DNA of 61,933 nucleotides, the filler included. It is 3 parts of 3 records of this genome, joined end to end, with 100 filler letters (N's around TTAATTAATTAA, not from the genome) between each part and the next. Parts side by side here need not be neighbours in the genome. Positions count along the whole stretch, not along the records: positions 1 to 31,002 come from SRR22947727_1963; positions 31,103 to 53,297 come from SRR22947727_1965; 1 more part is not named here. One strand, given 5' to 3'. Positions 28,915-38,587 of the stretch are shown here, one piece after another (the first letter of the stretch is position 1; the number at the start of each line of letters is the position of its first letter). Both the position numbers and the translations under genes were made by a program. The notes under the pieces are model-generated. The model worked only from the letters and a program-made list of their open reading frames with translations. It had not been told where the DNA came from and searched no databases.

Positions 28915-29421
28915 ATGAAATTAATTAAATTTGCAGCGGTCGCCCTCGTCGGGCTTGCCGCGAGCCTGAATGCTCAGGACAAGGCCGCGGACGACAAAGT
29001 TTCAGCAACGCTCAAGGGCAAGCTGATCGTCGCTCAAGAAAATAAAATCGTTGATGCCGAGCTCAAAGGCGCTCCGGAATTTTACGTGCTCTATCACTCT
29101 GCCTCGTGGTGAGGCGCTTGTGGCGCAGTAACGAAGCAGTTGGCTTCGATCAATGAAAAAAATCTCGCTCTCGGTGACAAAAGTAAATTTCAGCTCGTTC
29201 TGGTCGGATACGACCGGGAGAAGGCTGGAAACGATGCGTATGTCAAAAAAGTAAACTTTCCAGGTTTGAAACTCGAAGGCCGCGATAAGGCCCAAGAGCT
29301 TATTAAGACTGGTTCTACCGGGTTCATCCCGAACGTTGTGCTGCTGAAGCCCGACGGCACCATGATCAGCAACGACAAAGCTGAAGTCATGAAAAAGCTC
29401 AACGAACTCGTCGAAGGCTAA
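28915..29421 (+). CDS. Secreted thioredoxin-like (nucleoredoxin/tryparedoxin-type) protein with in-frame UGA: probable selenoprotein (UxxC)
   Basis: ORF-track ORFs 28861-29112 and 29140-29421 are the same frame. Read-through gives YVLYHSASW-U-GAC...FQLVLVGYD...GFIPNVVLLKPDG (168 aa, U at codon 66). Confidence 0.85.
29132..29148 (+). promoter_or_regulatory. Putative bacterial SECIS hairpin
   Basis: CGAAGC-AGTTG-GCTTCG: perfect 6-bp stem, 5-nt loop with G at position 2 followed by U, and a 25-nt spacer between the UGA (29110-29112) and the loop. Confidence 0.7.
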
Positions 29422-29448
29422 TCTTAAAAAACTGGTTCAAAAATCTTT

Positions 29449-29484
29449 AAAGCCCTGTCGGATTCAATTCGGCGGGGCTTTTTT
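29449..29484. terminator. Rho-independent (probably bidirectional) terminator
   Basis: aaagccctgtcgga-ttcaa-ttcggcggggctttttt between the convergent thioredoxin-like gene and rdgB. Confidence 0.8.
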
Positions 29485-29498
29485 GTTTCCACAAATAA

Positions 29499-30092
29499 TC
29501 AATGGGCTTTGAGCCAGGCTTTGAGTTTTTCAAGCGCGTTCCCGCGATGGCTCATTCCGTTTTTGGTTTCCGCCGGAAGTTGGCCAAAAGATTCGGAATG
29601 CCCTTCTGGAATGAAAAGAGAATCGTAACCGAATCCGCCACTGCCGAGTTCTTTAGTCGCGATCGTTCCTTCAACCGCGCCGTCGAATTCCTCAATGACC
29701 ACTCCACCGCGAGCGAGTGACAGCACGCAACGAAATCGAGCGGTGCGATTTTCGCCGTCGCCGAGATCAGTCATCAATTTATCGCGATTCGATTTATCTG
29801 TGGCGTTTTCGCCGGAAAATCGTGCTGAGTAAACTCCCGGGGCGCCATCCAGCGCATCGACTTCGAGTCCAGAGTCGTCAGCTAGAACAAGCGCGGTTGG
29901 TAAAATCGAGCTGGCTCCCAACGCTTTGATCGCTGCGTTTGCGGAAAACGTCGTGCCGGTTTCGTCGGCTTCAGGGATTTCGGGGAAAGCCGACAGGTCC
30001 TTAATTTCATCGAAAAAATTCCCGAGAATCTCACGAATTTCTTCGGTTTTATGAGCGTTGTGGGTCGCGATGACCAGCGTTTTTTCGTTCAT
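29499..30092 (-). CDS. rdgB: Non-canonical purine NTP pyrophosphatase (RdgB/HAM1)
   Basis: ATHNAHK, ADDSGLEVDALDGAPGVYSARF, GFGYD, KNGMSHRG. Confidence 0.95.
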   Translation of the reverse strand: MNEKTLVIATHNAHKTEEIREILGNFFDEIKDLSAFPEIPEADETGTTFSANAAIKALGASSILPTALVLADDSGLEVDALDGAPGVYSARFSGENATDKSNRDKLMTDLGDGENRTARFRCVLSLARGGVVIEEFDGAVEGTIATKELGSGGFGYDSLFIPEGHSESFGQLPAETKNGMSHRGNALEKLKAWLKAH

Positions 30093-30098
30093 GGAAAA

Positions 30099-30887
30099 TC
30101 AGTAAGCGGGAACCATTCCGCCATCGATCAAAATATTTTGGCCGGTCACGTAGGCGTTGGCGGTGGAGGAAAGAAACGCAACGACACGCCCGAAATCGGC
30201 CGGTTCCCCGTAGCTGCGAAGCGGGATCGACGCCTGAGAATCCTTGCGCTGTTCTTCGACCGAAATTCCTTTTTGCCCAGCCCAAATCGTATCGAGCTGT
30301 TCGATACGGTCGGTATCAATTCGCCCAGGCCCAACTGTGTTCACAAGAATTCCATCCGGTCCAAGCTCGCGAGCGAGTGTTTTGCCCAATCCCACCAAAC
30401 CCGAGCGGAAGACGTTCGAGAGAAGTAACCCATCGATCGCTTCTTTCGTTGAAACCGAGGTGTTGCTGACAATTCGGCCACCGCCGGCGTTTTTCATGTG
30501 GGGAAAGCACGCGCGAATCGCACGAACATAGCCGAGGGTCGTTAATTCGAACGCGGATTGCCAGGCTTCGTCATCAAAGGACTCAAATTGCCCCGGAGGC
30601 GGCCCGCCCGTATTGTTGAAAAGCGCCCAGATGCCACCAAATTCAGAGGCGGTTTTTTGAACCACGGCAGAAACGTCCTTAGCATTTTTCATGTCGCCTG
30701 CCGTCCACAGCGGAGTCTTTCCAGTTTCTTCGCCGATCGCCGCGGCGGTGGCAGCAAGTTTGTCAGCCGATCTTGCGAACAGCATGACGTTGGCGCCTTC
30801 GCGGGCGAATTCAGTCGCAACTCCGCGGCCGATTCCTCCACTGGAAGCCATTACGAGAACAGATTTATCTTTGAGTCCTAGGTCCAT
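30099..30887 (-). CDS. Short-chain dehydrogenase/reductase
   Basis: MASSGGIG, NNTGGPP, LSNVFRSG (atypical active site), VNTVGPG, YVTGQNILIDGG. Confidence 0.9.
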   Translation of the reverse strand: MDLGLKDKSVLVMASSGGIGRGVATEFAREGANVMLFARSADKLAATAAAIGEETGKTPLWTAGDMKNAKDVSAVVQKTASEFGGIWALFNNTGGPPPGQFESFDDEAWQSAFELTTLGYVRAIRACFPHMKNAGGGRIVSNTSVSTKEAIDGLLLSNVFRSGLVGLGKTLARELGPDGILVNTVGPGRIDTDRIEQLDTIWAGQKGISVEEQRKDSQASIPLRSYGEPADFGRVVAFLSSTANAYVTGQNILIDGGMVPAY

Positions 30888-30904
30888 TTTAAGAATAAGT
30901 TTTT

Positions 30905-30942
30905 ACGATCCAACAAGGTGCGTTCGTTGAACGTATACTGTT
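30905..30942. repeat. Degenerate REP-like repeat, copy E
   Basis: acgatccaacaaggtgcgttcgttgaacgtatactgtt, a diverged version of the same core. Confidence 0.55.
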
Positions 30943-31002
30943 TTTTCCTATCAGGGCTGTCTTTCGGTTCCACTGTCGCGGAATCCTCAGACCGCTGGCA
31001 AG

Positions 31003-31102
31003 NNNNNNNNNNNNNNNNNNNNNNNNNNNNNNNNNNNNNNNNNNNNTTAATTAATTAANNNNNNNNNNNNNNNNNNNNNNNNNNNNNNNNNNNNNNNNNN
31101 NN
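31003..31102. other. Artificial contig spacer
   Basis: 44 N + TTAATTAATTAA (stops in all six frames) + 44 N; gene content changes across it. Confidence 0.98.
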
Positions 31103-31506
31103 CAGCACTCTCCGTCAGCACTCTCCGTCAGCGCTATCGAAAGGCTATTGATACAATAACGCTGCCCCGTTTCCGTCGGACCATCTGGGAAAACATGCCC
31201 CAAATGACCACCACACTTCTGACACAGCACCTCTGTTCTCGTCATGCCATGACTGACATCGTGCTCTTCCGCTACGACACCCACTGACGCCGGTCGATCA
31301 AAGCTAGGCCATCCGCAATGCGCGTCAAATTTCGCGTCAGATTGAAACAACACCTCACCACAACCTCGACAGTGGTAGGTTCCCTCAGCAAAAACGTTCC
31401 AGTATTCCCCGGTAAACGCACGCTCCGTTCCCTTTTCTCGGAGCACGTAGTACTCCTCAGTCGAGAGTACCTGACGCCAATCGACGTCATCTTTATCCTG
31501 ATTCAT
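31103..31506 (-). CDS. msrB: Peptide-methionine (R)-S-oxide reductase, 3' end at the contig edge
   Basis: GTERAFTG, CRGC, CGWPSF, RTEVLC..CGGHLGHVFPDGP, RYCINS. Confidence 0.95.
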
Positions 31507-31526
31507 TGCGCATCCCTCTCAATCGG

Positions 31527-32726
31527 TCAAATGGCCGTTACGCCCAAACGCTGCATCGCCGACACTATAGCAGTCGAGCCCGCTGGGACGTGCACTGGCG
31601 CACCGGTCCACTCCAACGGTTGCTCATAACTCCAGCGCAGCTGATCAAACACCTCAGAGGTCACATGCGGAGCCGCCGCTTGACGCAGGCGACTATTTTC
31701 CCTGGCGAGCACGCCCGACCCACAAAGGAATCGCACCATCACCTCTGCCGGCGCTTCACTCGGGTCACAGACTAACGTCGTGACCTTGGGAGAGGTCTCG
31801 TCTTGTAACGCCTCATTGGCCCTTATTGAGGGTCGGGCTAGGTCGATTTGATCACACCACTGAGCCACCGCTCGCGCCAACATATTACTGCCGCGGCGCT
31901 TCGCCGCTCTAGAGTGCCCTGCAATATGAGGTGACACCCAATCACACTGCGCTAGCAACGTTGCATCGAGATACGGCTCTGTGGGCCAAGTATCCAATAC
32001 CGTCGTCCAGGGGCCCGCTAGCAGACACTCTAGCGCCCGGGGCTCCAGCAGCCCGCCCCGCCCGGCATTGATGAGCAATCCCGCCTGAGGCCGTGTAGCG
32101 GACGCCGCGATCATACCCTCGGCCTCCGCGACACCAATCAAACTCTGTGAAGCAAAAGGCGCTTGATCATGTAAGCTGGCATGCAACGACACAACCGTCT
32201 GACTCAGCACTTCCTTCAGATCACCCCTCAACACACCAGTGGGCCAGTGCGTCACCAGGGGGTCGTAGCCCACTACCTGACATCCTAGGCTGAGCAGACG
32301 CCGTGCCACCTGCCCACCGACTGCACCCAGACCGACAATCCCAACCGGGGCGCCGCACAAGATTGACTCAAAGTAACCCGACATCGCGATCGCTGAGAGG
32401 ACGTATTCGACGACCGCCGTTGCATTGGAGCCCGGCGCAGAGGCCCACGGAATATCCAGACGCGCCAGTGCGGCAACATCGAGGTGATCAACTCCCGCCG
32501 TTGCCGTTCCCACAAAGCGAACCGCACTGCCAGTCAGCAAGGTCTCGTCAACCTGAGTGACGGAGCGCACTAGCAGCACATCGGCGTTCTCGACGACGGC
32601 AGGGCCGATATCGCGCCCAGGCAAAAGTCGCACATTACCGAGTAATGGCGTTAAAGCGGGCGTGAGGGGTATCGCCTCATCAATGACCCAGCACAAATCC
32701 GTCACGTTGCCGCCGACACGATTCAT
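31527..32726 (-). CDS. pdxB: Erythronate-4-phosphate dehydrogenase
   Basis: LLVRSVT, FVGTATAGVDH, APGSNATAVVEY, GLGAVG, INAGRG, PHIAGHS. Confidence 0.9.
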   Translation of the reverse strand: MNRVGGNVTDLCWVIDEAIPLTPALTPLLGNVRLLPGRDIGPAVVENADVLLVRSVTQVDETLLTGSAVRFVGTATAGVDHLDVAALARLDIPWASAPGSNATAVVEYVLSAIAMSGYFESILCGAPVGIVGLGAVGGQVARRLLSLGCQVVGYDPLVTHWPTGVLRGDLKEVLSQTVVSLHASLHDQAPFASQSLIGVAEAEGMIAASATRPQAGLLINAGRGGLLEPRALECLLAGPWTTVLDTWPTEPYLDATLLAQCDWVSPHIAGHSRAAKRRGSNMLARAVAQWCDQIDLARPSIRANEALQDETSPKVTTLVCDPSEAPAEVMVRFLCGSGVLARENSRLRQAAAPHVTSEVFDQLRWSYEQPLEWTGAPVHVPAGSTAIVSAMQRLGVTAI

Positions 32727-32729
32727 AAC

Positions 32730-33245
32730 TTACTGGATGAGCCCGCGGCCGCCAAAGCGCTCCAGCGCGGCTTTAAACAGTGATGCCCTATGAGGCAAGC
32801 GCCCGCTAAGCAGACGCGTGCGCCACGCCCCAATCCGATCCGTAAAGGTCCGCAGCGCCTCATCGGATGAGGTCAACACGAGATTATCGACACTCGGTGC
32901 AAACTCAATATTCAACGCCTCACAGAACAATGACTCGATGGCTTGAGGCTTTGCCTCAACTGAAAAAAAGGCAGTCTGCCTCTCCTCTGATCTCCCATCG
33001 GGGCTATACCAGTAGCCATAGTCCGGCAGTGCCCGACGACAACGTCCCGCGACACACCAGTGCGCCACCTCGTGCAAGGCACTGCGCACGTAGTCCGCCC
33101 GAAAAAAAACTTGGCTGGGCGCTCCGGGCACATAAAAGGGCTCCGATGCGCCGGCCACCAGCACCGTCTGCTCCGGCACCTGAAAAAGCTGATTAAACGC
33201 CGTGACGATCGCCTCGGCCTGCACAGCTTGATGCGCTTGAGTCAA
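32730..33245 (-). CDS. epmC: Elongation factor P hydroxylase
   Basis: EPFY, SALHEVAHWCVAG, DYGYWYSPDGR, VEAKPQAIE, SVDNL. Confidence 0.9.
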   Translation of the reverse strand: MTQAHQAVQAEAIVTAFNQLFQVPEQTVLVAGASEPFYVPGAPSQVFFRADYVRSALHEVAHWCVAGRCRRALPDYGYWYSPDGRSEERQTAFFSVEAKPQAIESLFCEALNIEFAPSVDNLVLTSSDEALRTFTDRIGAWRTRLLSGRLPHRASLFKAALERFGGRGLIQ

Positions 33246-33484
33246 CTCACTGCCTTACGAATATGAAAAAAGAACTGCTCACCCTGCTGCTCACTCAGCA
33301 GTAAGTCGTGCCCCAAGAATTGACAGAAATGAGTGATGTCTCGCAGCGTCGACGGATCGGTCGCGCGCAACGTTAATTCCTCACCCGGATTCAAGCGCCT
33401 CACTGCCGCATGGAGCAGCATCACCGGTTCAGGGCACAACAATCCAATTGCGTCGATATGTTCTGTTGGCTCGCTCTCAGCCAC
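33242..33484 (-). CDS. tusA: Sulfurtransferase TusA
   Basis: DAIGLLCPEPVM, ATDPSTLRDI, FCQFLGH. Confidence 0.93.
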   Translation of the reverse strand: MAESEPTEHIDAIGLLCPEPVMLLHAAVRRLNPGEELTLRATDPSTLRDITHFCQFLGHDLLLSEQQGEQFFFHIRKAVS

Positions 33485-33488
33485 CCGC

Positions 33489-34292
33489 TTACTCCGCTGG
33501 CTTGATAAATCTCAATGTCATACGGTCGCTTTCACCGATAGCGAGATAGCGATCTCGTCCATCGTCGCCCGCTGCCAAAGTGGGCGGTAGCGTCCAAACG
33601 CCTCGCGCATAGTCCTTGGTGTCGTTGGGGTTGGCATTAATTTCACTTCGTGCATCGAGTTCAAGACCGGACAGTTCGGCTAATTCAATGACTTTCTCTT
33701 CGCTAACGTAAGCCGTTTTCTTCATCTGCTCCAGCGTCAAATCGGCACTGCCGCGGTGCTGCACGATACCGAGGACACCCCCGGGCTTGAGTGACTCAGC
33801 AATTGTCGCGAACATCATTTCAGCCTGATCGGCCCGCAACCATGAATGGACGTTACGAAACGCTAACACCAAATCCACAGAGCCCGCCGGCGCTGGGGAT
33901 ACAGCGCTGGGTGGTTGCAATGTCGCCACCTCGACCGAGTCAAATATCTCATCGTTCTCACCCAGCTTCTTTAAAAAACCACCCAGCGATCGGCGCGCGT
34001 AGCTGCCACCATTGGGACTCGAGTGTGCTGCAATGAGGGCGCCGCTTTCGGCCACTAATGGCGCCAGAACCTCGGTGTACCAGCCGCCGCCGGGTGACAC
34101 CTCCATCACCGTCATCGTCGGTGATATGCCAAAGAAAGACAGCGTCTCTTGAGGATGCCGATATTCATCGCGCGCCTTATTGGCCTCTGAGCGCTGCTCA
34201 CCTGACAGCGCCAACTGCCAATTGAGCTCCGCTTGCACACCGCTGGCGCACAACACCCATATCATTGCCATCGTCCATCGCAAAACCATCAT
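33489..34292 (-). CDS. Periplasmic class I SAM-dependent methyltransferase (COG4798-like)
   Basis: Signal peptide from ATG 34292; RDEYRHPQETLSFFG, EVSPGGGWYTE, FRNVHSW, NPNDTKDY..GVWTLPP, IGESDRMTL. Confidence 0.88.
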   Translation of the reverse strand: MMVLRWTMAMIWVLCASGVQAELNWQLALSGEQRSEANKARDEYRHPQETLSFFGISPTMTVMEVSPGGGWYTEVLAPLVAESGALIAAHSSPNGGSYARRSLGGFLKKLGENDEIFDSVEVATLQPPSAVSPAPAGSVDLVLAFRNVHSWLRADQAEMMFATIAESLKPGGVLGIVQHRGSADLTLEQMKKTAYVSEEKVIELAELSGLELDARSEINANPNDTKDYARGVWTLPPTLAAGDDGRDRYLAIGESDRMTLRFIKPAE

Positions 34293-34386
34293 TCTCTTTC
34301 TCCCCGTCGTTGTCATTACTGCACCGGTATCATAGTCGACTTGGTCCATACCGCAGACAACGCAGCTGAGTCGGCGTCCGCGGTCG

Positions 34387-34590
34387 TTAAGGTCGGCGCC
34401 GGAGCCGGTTGAGACACCATCCGACCAGTGCGCCAAACGATATCATCAATGCAACCCCCAAAGTGACCCAGAATAACTGCACCACCAGCCGAGACGGCGG
34501 TACCCCGACAATATCGACCGCCCCCCAAAACAGCGCCAAACAGGCGGCCATCGCCAAGAAAAGGGTCCTGTTGGGCTTGCGAACGGCCAC
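34387..34590 (-). CDS. Small two-TM membrane protein, unknown function
   Basis: 67 aa, two hydrophobic helices, basic C-terminus; start overlaps the aroC stop. Confidence 0.65.
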   Translation of the reverse strand: MAVRKPNRTLFLAMAACLALFWGAVDIVGVPPSRLVVQLFWVTLGVALMISFGALVGWCLNRLRRRP

Positions 34591-35693
34591 TATGCCGGCA
34601 GCGTGCCTGGAACCGGCGGAACGTTATGCACCACGTCGGCATTTTGGCCCCGATGACGGAGTGCGTGATCCATTAGCACGAGTGCCACCATGGCCTCTGC
34701 AATGGGCGTTGCCCTAATTCCCACACAGGGATCATGCCGACCGGTAGTGATCACCTCAGCAGCGTCACCTTGGTTATCGACGGTCTGACCGGGGATGCGG
34801 ATACTCGAAGTCGGCTTTAACGCAAGGCTCACACACAGAGGCTGGCCTGACGAAATACCGCCCAGCGTCCCACCCGCATGGTTACTAGCAAACCCAGCAG
34901 AGGTCATCGCATCTCGATGCTCACTCCCTAACTGTGCCACCGAGGCAAATCCATCGCCAATTTCGACCCCTTTAACCGCATTAATACTCATCACCGCATG
35001 CGCTATATCGGCGTCCAGTCGATCAAAAACAGGTTCTCCCCACCCCGCCGGCACGCCATCAGCGACCACATTGATCCGCGCGCCCACCGAATCTCCTTGT
35101 TTAATGAGGTCCTGCATATACGCCTCTAACTGCGGAAGGAGCGACACGTCACCACAAAAAAAAGGATTGCGTTCCACCTGATCCCAATCATGCGCCGCAG
35201 CCTTAAGGGGCCCCAACTCGCTCAAATACCCTCTAATGCGAACCCCGTAGCGCTCCAATAACCATTTCTTTGCCACCGCGCCAGCAGCCACGCGCATCGT
35301 GGTTTCGCGGGCAGAAGATCGACCCCCACCCCGATAATCGCGTGCACCAAATTTCCGATCATACGTATAGTCGGCATGAGCAGGACGATATAAATCCTTG
35401 ATCTTACTGTAATCTTTAGATTTTTGATCTTGATTATGCACCAGCAATCCAATGGGCGTGCCCGTCGTCTTCCCCTCAAAGACTCCTGAGAGAATCTGCA
35501 CCTCATCATCTTCTTTTCGCTGTGTGGTGTAGCGAGACTGTCCCGGCTTGCGCCGATTCAAATCCCACTGCAAATCCGAGGCCTCCAAACTCAGCCCCGG
35601 CGGACAGCCGTCAATAATGCAACCCAGCGCCGGCCCATGGCTCTCGCCAAAAGTGGTCACTGTGAATAGCTTGCCAAACGTATTTCCAGACAT
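34590..35693 (-). CDS. aroC: Chorismate synthase
   Basis: [37 protein letters not shown]. Confidence 0.98.
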   Translation of the reverse strand: MSGNTFGKLFTVTTFGESHGPALGCIIDGCPPGLSLEASDLQWDLNRRKPGQSRYTTQRKEDDEVQILSGVFEGKTTGTPIGLLVHNQDQKSKDYSKIKDLYRPAHADYTYDRKFGARDYRGGGRSSARETTMRVAAGAVAKKWLLERYGVRIRGYLSELGPLKAAAHDWDQVERNPFFCGDVSLLPQLEAYMQDLIKQGDSVGARINVVADGVPAGWGEPVFDRLDADIAHAVMSINAVKGVEIGDGFASVAQLGSEHRDAMTSAGFASNHAGGTLGGISSGQPLCVSLALKPTSSIRIPGQTVDNQGDAAEVITTGRHDPCVGIRATPIAEAMVALVLMDHALRHRGQNADVVHNVPPVPGTLPA

Positions 35694-35711
35694 GATTCCC
35701 TCCTGCTGACA

Positions 35712-36605
35712 TTATAAAATGCCAGCGGCTCTCCAGTCCCGTAATTCCTGCGCACTGATGGCAGCGACTCCCGACCCGCCCAACGGCAGATCAACCCACG
35801 TAAAAGGGATACGCGGCAGCGCGCGCTCCAGCGTTTCTGCCGTCTCACCGACCTCCAGAACCAATAAACCCTCGCCAGTGAGCAGTTCCGCCGCCGCCCT
35901 CAATACCCGCAAGGCGAATGCAGCGCCCTCCGCCTCAGCCTCCAAAGCAATCCGAGGCTCATGCTCGTACTCCCTGGGCAAGCCCAGCATCTCATCCGCA
36001 GAGACATAGGGTGGATTTGACAGGATCACATCGATGCTACCGGCAGCCAGCGGCGCCAGTAAGTCTGCCTGCAGACAACCAACCCGTGACGCCAGATCAT
36101 TGAAGCGGATGTTCTCCGCGGCAAGCGACAATGCCCGACTATCGAGATCAGACAGTATGACCTTGGCCTGGGGAAAATAGGTCGCCGCCACAATGCCCAA
36201 ACTCCCGCCGCCACAGCAGACATCCACAATATGGCTTGGCGGGCTTGACCCAACCCACCAGGGGGAGAGCTCCTCCGTCAGCAACTGGGCGATAGGAGAG
36301 CGAGGTACCAGAGCCCGTTGATCCACCAAAAATGGCACCCCGGCCAACCATGCCTCGCCCACGATATAAGCCACCGGCTGTCGCTCAACGCAACGGGCAG
36401 TCACCATCTGATTGAGTCGATGCTCCGCCTCGGCGGGAAACGTCTCCGCGAGCAGTGCGGCGGATTGCTCTATCGACCGTTTTGCGGCGCCTAGGAGCAA
36501 GGCCACTGCTTCATCGTGAGCCGATTCGTAGCCATGCCCGAAAAACACGCCAGATGCGGCGAGGGCGGCTTCAACCTGTCGCAGTTTTGTCCCGAAAGTA
36601 TCCAT
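35712..36605 (-). CDS. prmB: 50S ribosomal protein L3 N5-glutamine methyltransferase
   Basis: FFGHG..AHDEA, PVAYIVGEAW, LVPRSPIA, NPPY, HEPRIAL; directly upstream of aroC. Confidence 0.93.
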   Translation of the reverse strand: MDTFGTKLRQVEAALAASGVFFGHGYESAHDEAVALLLGAAKRSIEQSAALLAETFPAEAEHRLNQMVTARCVERQPVAYIVGEAWLAGVPFLVDQRALVPRSPIAQLLTEELSPWWVGSSPPSHIVDVCCGGGSLGIVAATYFPQAKVILSDLDSRALSLAAENIRFNDLASRVGCLQADLLAPLAAGSIDVILSNPPYVSADEMLGLPREYEHEPRIALEAEAEGAAFALRVLRAAAELLTGEGLLVLEVGETAETLERALPRIPFTWVDLPLGGSGVAAISAQELRDWRAAGIL

Positions 36606-36878
36606 AGCGTGTCTAATAAATTGGACGCCTTATGATATCATTTATACTCTACAGTGCGCTGCGGCAAGGTGCCGCCACTGCCTGTGCGAGGCAGCGCCAT
36701 CGGCTAGCGCCACTGGGTCGGCGCATGAGTTATCCCAAGACGCACAACCCAGAGCAGAAACGGTCGATCTGACGTCGCACAAAAAAGATGACAGAAGATA
36801 GCCCCAAGTTGAAATCTAAAATGCCTTCGGGAAAGTAAGATAAAGGAAGCACAACTAATCAGCAGGGTGGAACAAGAT

Positions 36879-37565
36879 ATGGCGATCAATCAATTGAAAA
36901 CAGCAGTTGCGACAGCACTGCCGGGCGCATTGACACCAGAAGCCATTGCCGTTCGTGGCGCATTGCTAGCGCGTGGGCTGGAGACGCCCATGACCGCGAA
37001 TGGTTTATCCCGCGACGAGCGTTACGATGTGATCCGAGCATCGTTTACCCAAATTTTAGATACCCTTGGGCTGGATCTTCAAGATGACAGCTTAGAGCAG
37101 ACACCGCATCGCATTGCAAAAATGTACGTGGACGAGATTTTTAGCGGACTCGACTATGCCCACTTCCCTAAAATTACGATGATTGAAAATAAAATGAAGG
37201 TCGAAGAAATGGTCTGCGTTGAAGACATCGATCTGACCAGCACCTGCGAGCATCACTTTGTAACCATAGACGGCTCGGCAAAAGTGGCTTATATCCCGAA
37301 AGATACGGTCATCGGGCTCAGTAAAATCAACCGCCTTGTCCGATTTTTCTCGCAGCGCCCGCAAGTGCAGGAGCGGCTCACACAGCAAGTGCTTGTCGCG
37401 ATGCAAACACTGCTTGGCACTGAGGATGTAGCCGTCACCATCAACGCCGTTCACTACTGCGTGAAGTCCCGAGGCGTGCAAGATGGCAACAGCAGGACGC
37501 GAACGACCTCGCTGGGCGGCGTGTTTAAGTCGAACCCCTCATCGCGTGCAGAATTCTTGAGCTAA
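36879..37565 (+). CDS. folE: GTP cyclohydrolase I
   Basis: [39 protein letters not shown]. Alternative GTG start at 36867. Confidence 0.97.
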   Translation: MAINQLKTAVATALPGALTPEAIAVRGALLARGLETPMTANGLSRDERYDVIRASFTQILDTLGLDLQDDSLEQTPHRIAKMYVDEIFSGLDYAHFPKITMIENKMKVEEMVCVEDIDLTSTCEHHFVTIDGSAKVAYIPKDTVIGLSKINRLVRFFSQRPQVQERLTQQVLVAMQTLLGTEDVAVTINAVHYCVKSRGVQDGNSRTRTTSLGGVFKSNPSSRAEFLS

Positions 37566-37663
37566 ATGATCGTCACAGTGCACAGCACAAAGCGCAGCAT
37601 CCAACACGATAACGCTCGCTGGCTCGGTAAACGCGGCAACCAGCACGGCTGAACGACGACGAT

Positions 37664-38587
37664 TTAGCGTGCGTCACTCTGGGCGATCACGGTCTCGGCG
37701 GTCACACTGTCAGGCGTCACGCCCTCGTCAGTGCCCTCCAAAAACCAACGGATAAGAGTGGAGATCACCTCGGCCCCCTCCTCCATATGCGTATGATGCT
37801 TGCCCGGCACGCTTTGCACCATGCAATGTGGTACCTGAGCGATCGCTCGCAATGAGGCCTCTAATCCAGCTCGAACCCGCAGCCCCTCCTCAGCAACCAG
37901 CACCAGCGTCTTGCTAGTCAGACTCTCGTAAAAAGCGGCACACATGCCAGCCGTCAGCTTGACCGCAGAAGCGTGATTCAAGCGTGGATCGTGGGTGAGC
38001 TCGAAACCATCAGTATGAGGACGAAGCGCTCTGGGGGCCAATAGTCTGGCGCTACTTTCCGAGAAACCCAGCTTGACCCTGGCAGTGACGAAACCTTCAA
38101 CATCACTGAAGTGACGTCTCCGACGCGCTTTCGCTGCCTCACGATCTGCCTGCGCCTGCCTAAACTGCAGCGCCGCCGCTGACTCCTCGGCGGGTATGGG
38201 CAGCATGCCATCGAGCAATACCAGATGAGAACAGCGCTTCTCCAATGCGGCAGCAAAGAGCACAGCAATCGCCGCACCCCGACTGTGGCCCATCACAATG
38301 AGGGGCGCTGCGCCGAGCTGCTCGACGATCCCCAATAGCTGAGGGACATCGTCCCAGATGTGGTATGTCGCATCGGTCGAGCGATGATCACTGTGCCCCT
38401 GCCCTGACAAATCCAGTGCCAATAGTCTGTATTGCGCAAGATACGGCGCCAGCACCGAAAACGACAAGGCGTTATCTAACCAGCCATGGAGCGCAATAAT
38501 GAGAGGCCCCTCCGGATTACCCCACTCAATACCCCGATACGTCAGACCGTCGACGACAAAGGCACACGCCCGACCTGAATCATTCAT
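37664..38587 (-). CDS. Alpha/beta-fold hydrolase
   Basis: LHGWLDNA, DLSGQGHS, GHSRG nucleophile elbow, GKHHTHME. Confidence 0.9.
   Translation of the reverse strand: MNDSGRACAFVVDGLTYRGIEWGNPEGPLIIALHGWLDNALSFSVLAPYLAQYRLLALDLSGQGHSDHRSTDATYHIWDDVPQLLGIVEQLGAAPLIVMGHSRGAAIAVLFAAALEKRCSHLVLLDGMLPIPAEESAAALQFRQAQADREAAKARRRRHFSDVEGFVTARVKLGFSESSARLLAPRALRPHTDGFELTHDPRLNHASAVKLTAGMCAAFYESLTSKTLVLVAEEGLRVRAGLEASLRAIAQVPHCMVQSVPGKHHTHMEEGAEVISTLIRWFLEGTDEGVTPDSVTAETVIAQSDAR

Noticed and set aside
29110-29112. Genome-wide UGA reassignment (Trp/Gly code)
   Set aside because: Many segment-1 genes end cleanly in TGA (e.g. 4790, 8905, 10120, 19206) and Trp is coded TGG. Only this UGA aligns with a redox Cys.
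947-30942. Repeat family as a CRISPR array
   Set aside because: Copies are dispersed kilobases apart, with no regular spacers and no cas genes.
31047-31058. TTAATTAATTAA palindrome as a biological site
   Set aside because: It is embedded in symmetric N-runs and repeated identically at 53342-53353, so it is a synthetic six-frame-stop linker.
31103-31132. 13-nt tandem duplication (cagcactctccgt x2) at the msrB 3' end
   Set aside because: It sits at the very contig edge and is most likely an assembly-end artefact.
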